From Vitrella brassicaformis CCMP3155 (taxonomy: Eukaryota; Protista; Chromerida): a DNA stretch of 64,000 bases. Position numbers and translations under genes: made by a program. A model generated the notes under the pieces. The model was given only the letters and a program-made list of their open reading frames with translations, had not been told where the DNA came from and ran no database searches. Where the stretch lies: positions 62,001 through 126,000 of the forward strand of contig CDMY01000290.1 in the NCBI GenBank assembly GCA_001179505.1, given 5' to 3'. Below are positions 49,409 to 60,586 of this stretch, one piece after another; positions within the stretch are counted from its first letter, which is position 1, and each line of letters begins with the position of its first letter.

Positions 49409-50048
49409 TCTTGTCTGCATCGTCGAGTCGATGTGTCGTGTTTTGAGTGGTGGGACGGCCATCGCATGCTGATGATGTTGATGTGAGTCAGTAAGTCAAT
49501 GGTACAGTAGAGACTGCCCTTGGTGTGTGTGTGTCTTTTGGCGTCCTTGTGTGGCTGTTCGTTTATCGGTGTACGTACCATCGAGCAGCTGGCCATGGGC
49601 GCCAACGACCTAGGTCCCTGTGTGTGATGACTTCCCTTTGTTTTTTCTCCTCTTTTTTGGCCGTGTGGCGGTGCATACGATACGGCTTTACTCACGGCTG
49701 AGTTGACCGGTTCGGCACGGGGTGGGGTATCTATGTTTCTGTTCGTTTTGTCTTGACAGACACATGTCGGGATTGAAGCAGTGAGTGGCACATGGCATGG
49801 ACATACAAACTGATAGACAGACAGACAGACAGGAGACAAGAAGATGTGATGCGGTGGATTCGCGCACACGCTGCCGGAACGCCGTGTGATGGAGCGAGTG
49901 ATAATATGGATACTAACGGCCATGTGGTGGGTGTGCGGCCGCGTGGCTGTGTGCATGAGACGGTTGACTCATGGCATGGACGCCCATGGCTGGTGGGGAT
50001 GCTGTCTGCAATGAAATGCCCGCTTCAATCAAACAAACAAGTCTCACC

Positions 50049-50099
50049 AACACGTAACACGCAACACGCAACACGCAACACGCAACACGCAACACGCAA
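50049..50099. repeat. Heptamer tandem repeat (AACACGC)n
   Basis: About 7 units directly visible. Confidence 0.9.
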
Positions 50100-50723
50100 G
50101 AGGGCAGAAGCAGGCCGGCCGATAGGCACATATGTACAGTATGTCTATTCGCCCGGCATTCGTGTCTCCGCCAGCCAATGCAAATGGACCGATGAGATCA
50201 GTCGCACACACATACGGCACGGCCTCAGCACCAGCACCAACACCAAGACAGAGATGAGTGCAGGGCAGGTATGGCGGCAGGGAGTGAAGGGGCGCAGAGA
50301 AGACAGTCAGGCAGACCGCACCGCACCGCACACCCACGCCGACGACCACAACTCCCTCCCCGAAAAGTCACTAGAGAAAACACAACACACCCCATGCAAT
50401 TCTGGCTGGACTGGACGGAGGTGCCCAAGTTGGGCCGCAACCGTCAAATCCAGTGAATAATGAGACCCACTACACTGGCCAGCCACGGCAATCACTCGAC
50501 AGACAGAACCGCCGATATATGCCGTCACGGTTGGCTGCAGTGCACAAGGCGAGTCAAGTCGTCTTCAAACACACACATACACCACTCACACCCACAACCG
50601 ACACACAGCGTCATGAAAGGGACAGAATCGACCCACACAGATCGAGACCTCACGCACACATCGCATCGCATTCGGACCTAGGAAAATAACTAAAGATGAC
50701 TGCGCTCTCGACAGCCCGATGAG

Positions 50724-51314
50724 TTAGTAGTCAGAATTGTATTGAGAGGCAGCACTGGACACCATGGCGACTTGGATGATAACAATGATGAGCACCAGGA
50801 TGAGCGTGACGCTGGCCGAGATGAGGCAGCGCCAGGCCCACTTGCGCCTCTCCGACCCCTCCGGGGCGTCCATGTTGAAGCAGAAGGCAATGCACCCGAC
50901 GATGGGGAAGAATATCGACAGAATGCACGACACCTGACATCAACATACCACACACACGGGGAGGGCAACGTATGGGCGACTGACTGACTGACTGGCTGTT
51001 TCTCCCTGCCTGCCTGCTCGTCCAGATAAGTCACCCACCTGTGCGCAGCCGAGCATACACGCCTCATCGTCGTATCGGCGATCCACCACCACTGCCTGCG
51101 GGACGTGAATGACGTGTGCACCACCCCCATACTGTGCCGGAATAGCCTGTGGCTGGACGTACTGCGGCTGCTGAACGTACTGCGGCTGATCACCGCCCTC
51201 CGGCTTCCCAGCTGTGTTTGTCGCTTCCAGCGGCTGGCCGACAACAACCGGCTGCACTTCGTATGCCGGTGCAGTGGCGGGGACTACGTTCATGGTGTGG
51301 TCGCTTTGGGTCAT
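50724..51314 (-). CDS. Small Pro/Gln-rich protein with two C-terminal hydrophobic segments
   Basis: QPQYVQ repeats, then CILSIFFPIVGCIAFCF and WAWRCLISASVTLILVLIIVII. One intron. Topology resembles CD225/dispanin (by eye). Confidence 0.7.
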
Positions 51315-51554
51315 GACGTGGCGGACGAAGATCTGGTTGATTTGGCGGAGGTTTCGCTGAAGGAAGTACCGTGAGGAAGGAGGTATCAGCACCGACCGAA
51401 GAAGGGAGGGGAGGGGAGATGAGAGAGGGAGGGAGGGACAAGACGGGGAGGGAGGGAGAGGGGAAATGGAGGGGAAGGGTTTGATGGTCTGGGTTTCTGG
51501 TTTCAAACCCTTTCGGATTTCAAACCCTGCAGCTCCAGCGTCCTGGTGCGGATA

Positions 51555-54500
51555 ATGGAGAAGCTCACAGCCGACCTCACGGCCTCCTTTCCCAAGCTGT
51601 CGCCGCAGACCATCTCTGCGGCGCTGTTTGCCTACTGTGACTCATCCAAGGCGAATCGGCAGACAGATCTCGCCAAGGGGCTCACGCAGCTGCTGAGAGC
51701 ACATGACGGCGACAAAGTGATGGTTGGCTGCAGCCTGCTGGCGGCGCTGGGAGGCGGGCTGGTGGATGTCGAGGCTCTCATGGGGAAGGCGCTGACGCCC
51801 GAGTGCATCGAAGGGTGGCTGCAGACGCTCTCGGCAACACTCAAGAAGGTCTGTGTGTGACGATTGTGTGATTTCGATGAATGCCTGTGCGTGTCACTTA
51901 TGTGTCTGTCTGCAGGAGGGAGACTGGGTGTCCACATTGGCCGCCATCGAGGCGTCTGTGGGCGTGTTTCATCTGTGCGAGCGACTGCCCGTCGACACGC
52001 GCCATCGCCTCGTCCGTGAGGGGGCGGCATCAAGCACCCGAAACCTCATGGCCGTCCTTGACGCCATTGACCGCCACGCAGCTGTGCCGACGATCCTGGT
52101 GAGGCGAGGCGACCAACCGACGACAGACGAACGCTGGTAACATGTTCGTGTGTGTGTCTAGGAGCGTGGCTGCCGTGGTTTGTCATCAGTGCTCTTCCGG
52201 TCTTCCTTCCCTCTCTACCAGCTCATGGGTAAGGCTGTCCACCTGATCTCCACGTTGAGACCTGCCTCTCTTCTCGTCTCGTTGTTCTGGAGGCCGGCTG
52301 CGTGCCTTCTTCCTCAAGGTCTCACAGCACGACGACGACACCCTCGCAGAGGTGAATGAGGACGAAAGCACCATAGAGTGGCTGCGGTTACAATGCCAAT
52401 TCTCATGACGTGGTGTTCTGTGTGTGTCGTTCACCGATTGGTTCGTTCAGTTGTCGCGCTGCTCACTATGTCGGCTGAGCTGGATCGCCAGCAGCAAGAG
52501 GGCGCCCAAGACCGACGGACCACAAGCAGCAGCAGCTGCGGCTGCATCCTCTGACGAAGGCAAGATGGGTCCGGCGTTCAGTGAGCACCTCCTTGCTCAA
52601 ACCACCAATGACCTTAATGCAGGCAAGACACACACACACAGGCAGGCGGTGGACGCACCGTACCATCAAAGCAATATAACCTGATGAGTCTGTTCATCGT
52701 GTGTGCAGTGCTGGGTCTCCTCAAGGATGGCAGTGTGTCGGGCAACACGACAGCGGCCGCCCTGTGGCACCGCGCCACCCGCCTCTTCCAGCTGCTCACA
52801 GCCCTCATTCTCCACTCGGCAGGCGGCAGGATGCGCCAGGGGCTGGGCACTGTTGAGCTGAGCCCCGCCACACACAGCATCGTTGTCATACCCGTGCGCG
52901 AGCTGCTGCAAGTTGTTCGTGTGGCCGTGGGTGTCAGCAGGGGAGGCGGGATGGGGGGCGGTGAGGGGGATGGTGCAGCGTCGGTGGTCGACCAGAGGTG
53001 TGTTGTGCTGATGGGGGCAGCATTGGAGGTCCCGGTGGCCATACTAAATGTGTAAGGGAAGACAGGAGGGTGCAGACGAGAGACTCTCTTCTGCACCTGT
53101 TGTGGCTGTATGTTGTTTTGAATTCAGGCTCGGCAGCGGGGCTGTTTCGGTCTACAGCCAGCACTTCATCACCATACTGGACGAGCTGTGCAGGTAGGCA
53201 CACCATCATACACACAAGCCAAGCCAAGCCAAGCCACAGTACCCGTTTCTTGCATCTTGATGTGCCGCCCTCCCTTGTCAGTTTCGAGAGCGACTCCATG
53301 GCGGCCCTCCACGCCTTCGCCTTCTCATCCCCCATCCACAGCTACCTATTAACCCTCGCATCAGCCATCCCCGCCGCCCTCATAGCCTCCAACACATGGA
53401 AGACACCCTTCGAGTGGGCAGTCGCCGCCATCAGCCACATGCTCACCCCGTCGACCTTCCCCTCCCTCTGCCGGATGGCTGCACACTCGGCACACGTCTC
53501 AGAGGCCGAGTATACCGCCGACACTAGCGAGCTCTCATCCATTGCGGGTGGGAGGGCGACGAAGCGACGCCGCGGGAGGTCCAGAGGCGGCGGTCTGTCG
53601 GACTATGGGTCATGGGGAGAGTCGGCGGGGGACCAGGATGCCGTGGGGCTGATCAGAGCGCACAAGACGCAAGAGATGGCCGTTCCGGAGATGCGGATCG
53701 CTTTTGCAAAGGTCTTTGTAGATCTCTGCGGCTCACTGACGGCTCTTCTGACCGGCGTGGGGAGCTTCCTAGGAGCCACCGAGAAGGCGCAAGCTGAAGA
53801 GCTCGCCATCGGTGTGCTATTCCACGGCCAGCAGCCCGAGACGCTCAAGAAGAGCCCCGCCACGGCCGTCCTCTGCGGCCGGCCGTCAGCCGTGCTGGCG
53901 GTGCTGCGGCTGATGGAGGCATCTCTCCTCGGCCCCTCTCCCCTCCCCAGTGCGACCCTCCACGCATCCATCGGCCTACTGAATGTCACGGAGGCGACGG
54001 CAACTGACGGCGGGAGAGTGGCTGCTGCGGCTCGTGCGCTGAAACGGAAGCTGCTGGCAAGAGTTGGCGGTGGGTCCATTGGCCGTGAGAGCGATGAGGG
54101 CATCTTCCTCCAGGCCTACGGCGAGTCCCTGAGGGAGGCGCTGCACGAGTATGTCGACACTGGTGAGGCGCCTGCCGATCAGGAAGGCATGAATGGCTAT
54201 GGAGAGGCGTCGGCCATGGAGGAGCCCCCGGCTGCAGCTGCCGCGGCAGCCGCGGCAGCTGCCGCAGCCTCAGCGTTCGACCAGCCGATGGGGGCGGCCG
54301 CTGCCTTGGCAGATAGGACCCAGCAGATGGAGCCACCACCGCCCGAGCCCTTCGCTGTCCTTGACGGACCGGTCCAGCAGGAAGGAGCTGACCTGGAGAT
54401 GACGGCGGCCGAGCAGGGAGAGTCTACTTCTGATGGGAGAGGGGCAGGCGAGGCGCCAGCGGTACCGCAAGAAGCGAGCCCTCCTGCCGCAGCTGCTGCC

Positions 54501-54733
54501 GCCGCCAGTGCGAGTGCCGCCGCTCAAGGGAAGCAAGTCAATGCGCTGTTTTCTGTCGGTAAGGAGATGCGGAAGCGGGCGGCTGGTTGTCAGTGTCTGA
54601 GTGTCAGGGTGTTGTGTTGTGTGTATTGATTGATTGCAATGGTTCAGATATGAGCGACATGGCGGCCGCCGAGGCCTTTGTGCGCGACAATCTCAACATG
54701 GATAGCCCGTCGGGCGGGGAGGAAGAGGACTGA
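51555..54733 (+). CDS. Rix1/PELP1-like helical protein (tentative)
   Basis: Long Leu-rich helical exons, VIPVRELLQVVRV motif, basic NLS TKRRRGR, Ala/Glu/Pro-rich tail ending LNMDSPSGGEEED*. Family call by eye. Confidence 0.5.
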
Positions 54734-55078
54734 CTGACTGACTGTCGGATGGATGGATGGATGGATGGATGGTGCATTCATGAATTCATGGTCAGTGAGG
54801 TCATGGTGTTGACACACCTTCCTGTCCCATCAAGCAGCTTGGCCGCAAGTGCAAGTAGGTCAACACAAGACATACACGTACACTGGTACCAAACCACAGA
54901 CGCACAGAGACGAAAAAGAAGCATCGCATGGCACGACAAACGAGCTCGCTCGTATCCCTTATCCTCCCATTGATTTGACACACGGCGGAAGCACAGCACC
55001 AGAAACCGACACCCGAGAAAAAAGTCGTGCAGCACGACCCACCCCCTCCCCTCACTCGCTTGGAGTGAAAAATCACCT

Positions 55079-55664
55079 CTACCAGTCTCCTCCCCAGCCG
55101 CCGCCATCATCCCCGCCCCACCCGTCCCCCCCATCATCCTGACCATTGTCGTCCTGACCAGGCCATCGAAAGGCCTGATTGGGATCATCCCCCCAGGACC
55201 AGCCGGAGTCAGCGGGGTTCTGCTGCGCGTCGGACTCACTGCCCTGGGAGGGAGGGGGAGGCTGGGAGGCCTGTGAGGGGTCCTCATGCGTGTGATGGAC
55301 CTCCATCTGGCGCGGACCAAGGAAGGAGTCCATCAGCCGCATGCCCATCCCCCACCCCAAACCATGCGCCATCCCATCCATGATAGCGCCGAAGATGCCT
55401 GGCCTCTGGTACTGGGCGGGAGGCTGATTCTGATACTGCTGCGGCGCGTACTGGCCTTGCTGTTGCTGTTGTTGCTTGGCCTGTTGTCCTTGACCGAACC
55501 ACGAGAAAGCTCCCTGTGACGGATACGGCCCTTGCTGCTGCTGTTGAGCCTTCTTGGTGGCATGCTTCATGATACGGGCACCTGCAGCCACCACACAGAG
55601 CATGCAGTAAGGCAATCCGCACGTCGGCTGCTCGCGTACCTTTTTTCAACACGTTGCGCGTCAT
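55079..55664 (-). CDS. Mix17/CHCHD2-like protein lacking the CHCH domain
   Basis: Basic N-terminus MTRNVLKK/GARIMKH (58-nt intron 55582-55639). Central GIFGAIMDGMAHGLGWGMGMRLMDSFLGPRQMEV. Gly/Asp/Trp tail; no Cys. Confidence 0.65.
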
Positions 55665-55750
55665 GTTGGCTCGACGACTTTAATGAAGGGGAGAGGGAGC
55701 ACCAGACTTCGATGTCGAGCACTTTCACCAGAAGTTCGCCAGGCTTCGCA

Positions 55751-55774
55751 CGCAGCGGTTTCAGGGAGCACCCT
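55751..55774 (+). promoter_or_regulatory. Recurrent 24-nt promoter motif, copy 3
   Basis: Identical to 28941-28964; lies 46 nt upstream of the ATG at 55820. Confidence 0.6.
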
Positions 55775-55819
55775 CGCCAGGCTTCCTTTTGCGAGCTTTT
55801 AGACTGGGGGCCTGGCCAT

Positions 55820-57954
55820 ATGGCGAGCTCGGGCAGAAAACCACCACAGATGGTATCCATGGATGCGTCGACTGCACGGTGTCGCATGATGCAAATTCAT
55901 GACCTCGGCTTGGTGCTTAAGAAGCTGACTGATCTCACAGCTGTGACAAGACTGGAGGTGGGCAACAACCGGCTGAAGGAGATGCCGTCGCTTCAGGCCC
56001 TCCCCAGTGTGCAGCATGTGGATCTTTCAATGAACTTCATCAGGTGTACAGACCGTGTGCGAGTGTCCGGGTGGATGGGCCGGTCGTGTGTGTTTGCAGC
56101 TTCCTGGATGGAGCGGCGGTGCCGGAGCAGGTCACACATCTCAACATATCCCACAACATGATCAAAAACGGCAGCGCACTCCCTGCGTCTTCCAAGCTGA
56201 CGGAGATGGTGAGCTCGTATGGGCTCCATCTGTCTCCTGGTGGCTCTCATTTCCGTGCCCTCACTGCAGGACATCAGCTTCAATCGGCTGGCGACTCTCG
56301 CACCCCTCAAGCTGCAGTCGCTTTCTGAGCTTCAGTCGCTGGTAAGGTCAACCTTTGTGTCTTCCAGTGACAGCTGATGCTCCCATTGTGTGTGGGACAG
56401 AACTGTTCCTTCAATGCGCTGCGCGACATTGGAGGACTCGAGGGTCACCCCTCGCTCACACACCTATTTCTACAAGGAAACAAGATCGAGGTCAGCGCTA
56501 GTGGAGGATGCGATGTGCCGTTCATTGCGGTGGTCTTGTGGGCAACACACATGCAGGACCTTCGGGCGCTCACCAGTGCCGAAACAGCTTTTCTAGCGTT
56601 ACAGGCACTCGACATTTCAGCGAACGCAATTCAGGAGGTGAGATGCTGGCAGAAAGGTAACCTACGGGGCTCCACTGCCTCTTTCGTGTTGACAGGACCA
56701 GTATCTGGTGTTGTATCACTTCCTCCCAAGGGTCGCGCCAAAGTTGGTAGAACGAGACACACACCTGGTCTGAAGCGCCGAGCAGCCACTCTTCCGACTG
56801 TTTGTTCCATTCTCAGGCTGACATCTTCATGGGGGCGAACCCCTTCGTCAATGTATGTAGACAGACGACGGGCTACATGACGTCTGCCAGCGCACTGTCT
56901 CCCCGTACGCAGAAACGAGCCAAGGACTACGCCCTCCTCCTCCTGTCGACCAACGAAAAGCTCAAGCGAGTCGACGGGGCCCGTGCCACTCCGCATCTGA
57001 AAGGGATGCTCATGGTAGGTGCAGCTGGTGTACTCCTGACTGATGCTGACACACGTGTCTGCTTGCAGAAAAGGATGACTGATGCCTCCGTCAAGGATCT
57101 GATCGACCACACAAGTGAGTGAAATAGATCAAGAAGAAGACGCCATTGATTGCACCAATGCCGAACCTTGGCCAGGAATGCTGTACGAGACTGATTGCAA
57201 GGTGACTGATTGTAAGTGCTGGGCTAGAATTCAGCTGCATGGTGTGTTTGTCGGCTGCATCAGTGGGAGAAGCAACGCACGAACATGCAGCTGCGGCTGC
57301 TGCAAGACCTGCACAAAAGGGTTCTCGAGAACATGTCTGACTATGAGAGTGAGATGGAGAATGATCTGCTTATCAAGGCGCAATACCTCAAGAAAGAGGT
57401 GAGCATGTGTGACAGCCACGGAGCTGGGCGTCAGCGAGGGCCTGCCCGCGCGTGTCTGCAGGTGGAAAAGCCTCTCAACGAAGACACGATAGAGGTACGC
57501 TCATAACATGGCACCTAAGTGACACATCGTCGTCTGATTTGTTGTGCAGAAGCTGCAGCATGACTGGAAGGCACGGCTGGAGGAGATCCGACAGATGGAG
57601 CAAGCTCACCGAGCCGAGGAGAAAGACCAAGAAGTTCTCGCCATGGAGCCATCCACACAGGGGTACGGCAAGGGCGCACATTGATGATGGCGGAGACACC
57701 CCTCCGCATGTGTGTGCAGACGGGTCCAGAAGCTCGTGCTGTTGCGTAAGGAGGCCGTGACAGCCACAGAAGAGTGGCGCAGGAAAAAGAGGGAGGCACG
57801 CGAGGCCATGCAACAAGAGGCAGCACAAGAGAATGTCAGTGCCACCCAACAAGAGACGGCTCCCGACGAGGAGAAGCCGCCAGAGGAAGAACAAGTCGGT
57901 GAAGGCGTGGACGAAGGTGAAGGCATGAATGAGATAGAAAGCGAAGGCGACTGA
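55820..57954 (+). CDS. SDS22-type leucine-rich-repeat protein with C-terminal coiled coil
   Basis: LxxLxLxxNxL repeats (LEVGNNRL, LDLSMNFI-like, LNISHNMI, LFLQGNKI, LDISANAI), LRRcap-like LKRVDG, Glu-rich coiled coil. Confidence 0.8.
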
Positions 57955-58176
57955 GTGGCTCACTGCACTCGAGTGGCCAATAAAACGGCAAGAGAACTGT
58001 CTTGATTGACATTCATTTAGTGAATGTGACTTTCTCATGTACACAAATGTATACAAAACGTGTACATGAAGACACAATCAGAGAGGCCGAGCGACGCAAA
58101 GCACTCGGCACACTGTGTGTGTGTTTGAGTGAGCGAGTGACGGCAAGCGACAGTGAGTGACCGGCACGAGCGAGCG

Positions 58177-59874
58177 ATGGAGAGCAGGGAGGTGATAAAG
58201 GAGCCCGTCCGTGAGTCAGACCGTGAGCACCCTCTGCTCCTCGCAGACCTCACCCGACAGCAGGTACTGTATGCACACTCTGACTGCTGGACAGGGAGAC
58301 AGAGGGAGCAGAGCACTTGGTTGCTGCTTGGCTGCTCATGTCTCTGTTCGTTCCTTGGGTCAGTCGTTCGTCAAGTACTCGCCGGTTGTGTTCATCGCCT
58401 TCCTCTTCGGAATCATCTACGTCGCACACATGCTGTCAGTGGACTCAGTCCACCCACCATGCCAGAGAGAATGGCAGAGAGGGAGGGAGACATGTGAGTG
58501 TGTGTTGTTTCAGCTATCGCATCTTGCCGCTGCTGCAGCTTGCGTTGCCCGCCAAGATCCGCAACCACGACATCGAGACGCGTAATAGGAAACCACACAT
58601 CGTGATGACCATTCTGATGGAGGTCTCTCTCTCTGTTTCTCCTTCTGATGTGCAGAGGGCTGGATTGAGTCGGTTGTGCTGCACTTTCTGTTAGGGATGT
58701 TTGTGTGGTCGTACGCCCGTGCCGTGTTGGAGGACGCCGGCTTCATTCCCAGCCGCCAGTGGTCGACAGAGCCGGCAGACGAGCTCGTGATGGAGCGCAA
58801 GGAGAACGGCGACAAACGATTCTGCAAATACGAGAAGCTCTTCAAACCAGGTGTGGGTGGGTGGGTGAATGAATGTGTGCACAGGTCACTTGTATGTCGG
58901 TTGGCATGTTGTCCATTCATCAGACAGGGCGCACTACTGCCGTCCTCTCGGCTGCAACATCCTCAAGATGGACCACTACTGCCCGGTTTGATCTCACACA
59001 GATCAGTTCCAGATGGACCGGTGAACTTGTCCCTCCGTGTGCCATGTGTCTGTCTGCAGTGGATCGCCAACTGCGTGGGATTCAGAAACCAGGCACGAAA
59101 CACACAGTAAAGGACCAACCACACATGCATTGCATTGCATGTGTGTGTGTGTTTCATGCATGCATCCATCAGAAGTACTTCTTCCTGTCTCTGCTGGTGA
59201 GAGGGAGGGAACGCAGAGAGGGACGGAGGGACGATTGGCACCTTGTTGTCGTGTCTCTTCTCAGTACGCTGTGTGCGTGCTGCTGATGGTCGATTTCACA
59301 CTCACGCCGAGATTTGCCGTCTACGCCGAGGACCCTATGAGCACATACGGTGAGCGAGACAGGGAAACAGTCAGTGAGGCATGTAGATGATGTCTCTCGT
59401 GTCGGACTGCAGGGACGTTGATCATCGTGCTGTTTGGGATTGTGCTGTCGTACATTCTGACGTTGGTGGTTGGCGGGTTCTTCCTCTTCCACTGCTGGCT
59501 CATCTCCCACAACATGACAACCATCGAATTCTGTACCTACAACAACGACCGACACACACATCAGTTGACATCGGTGTGTATGTCTGTCTCATGGATGGAT
59601 GGATGGATGTGTGTAGGTGAGAAGCGCCGCAGAGAGGGTCAGCGTCCCAATCCATACGACATGGGCATCGTCGAGAACATCATCCAAGGTCATCCACTCG
59701 TGTGCACACGAGAAGGAGATGGATGGGTGGATGGGGGCATCCATGTGTGTGTGTGTTTTGTGGCAGTGCTGGGCGAAGACATTGACAAAGTGCTCGTCCC
59801 GCTGCCCCTCCCCAGTCAGCGCTAAAACCTGACTCTGTGGATGTTAGAATGAATGAGCGGATCGTCTCTCCCTC

Positions 59875-59905
<31 letters not shown>

Positions 59906-59991
59906 CAGCGAGCCAGAAGCGTCGATTTGGGTACGGCACTGTGTTCCCACGCGTCGACAGAGTGACCGGCCGGCAGGTGCAGGTCGCCTGA
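58177..59991 (+). CDS. DHHC-family palmitoyltransferase with DHYC motif
   Basis: DAG (DPG-like), KPDRAHYC...[27 protein letters not shown] (TTxE), NPYDMG, terminal GYGTVFP. Four TM segments. Confidence 0.92.
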
Positions 59992-60586
59992 GCGAAACCG
60001 CCACTGACCGACCAACCAACACACAGACCGACACACCGCGACATGCGACAGGAATGAAATCGCTGACAGACAGACAGCCAATGGACTGACAAACTGAACA
60101 ATCATGAAATGTATGTCACACGCACTGATCGATCACAGTGCATTCATGATCAAGAAAGGGGAAGGATCACATCGACCTCGAGGCTGGTGCTGATGGTGAG
60201 AGAGAGGGAAAAAGAAACGGACAGATGGACACATGCTTGCAGTCTGAGAGACGCACTTCAAAGGACGACTGTAAAATGAGGTATGTGATGCGATTGTCCG
60301 TCGACTGGTATCCATCCATCCATCCATCCATCCATCCATCCATCCATCCATCGGTTTGGGCACGGATGGATGGATGGACTGGGGGGCGACGAATGCGAGC
60401 TAGTAGATTGTCTCGATCGCGAGATCCCGCCGTAGTTTTGTTCTGCGCGTGTGTGCCCTCTCTGTGAGCATGCCTGTCCAGTATAGTCAGCCCATGCCCT
60501 TCTGAAGGCCTCCCGCCCACCCATTGCCATCGTATCGACACCATAGTATCGACATCGCCCGGCAAAGCCAGTGGCGGCAAAGGACC

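Noticed and set aside
34875-49540. AP2 units as autonomous transposons or homing-endonuclease elements
   Set aside because: No TIRs, TSDs, transposase, HNH or integrase motifs were seen; segmental duplication is sufficient.
50049-50099. CRISPR-like or telomeric array
   Set aside because: Simple heptamer tandem repeat with no spacers, and not TTTAGGG-like; the locus is eukaryotic.
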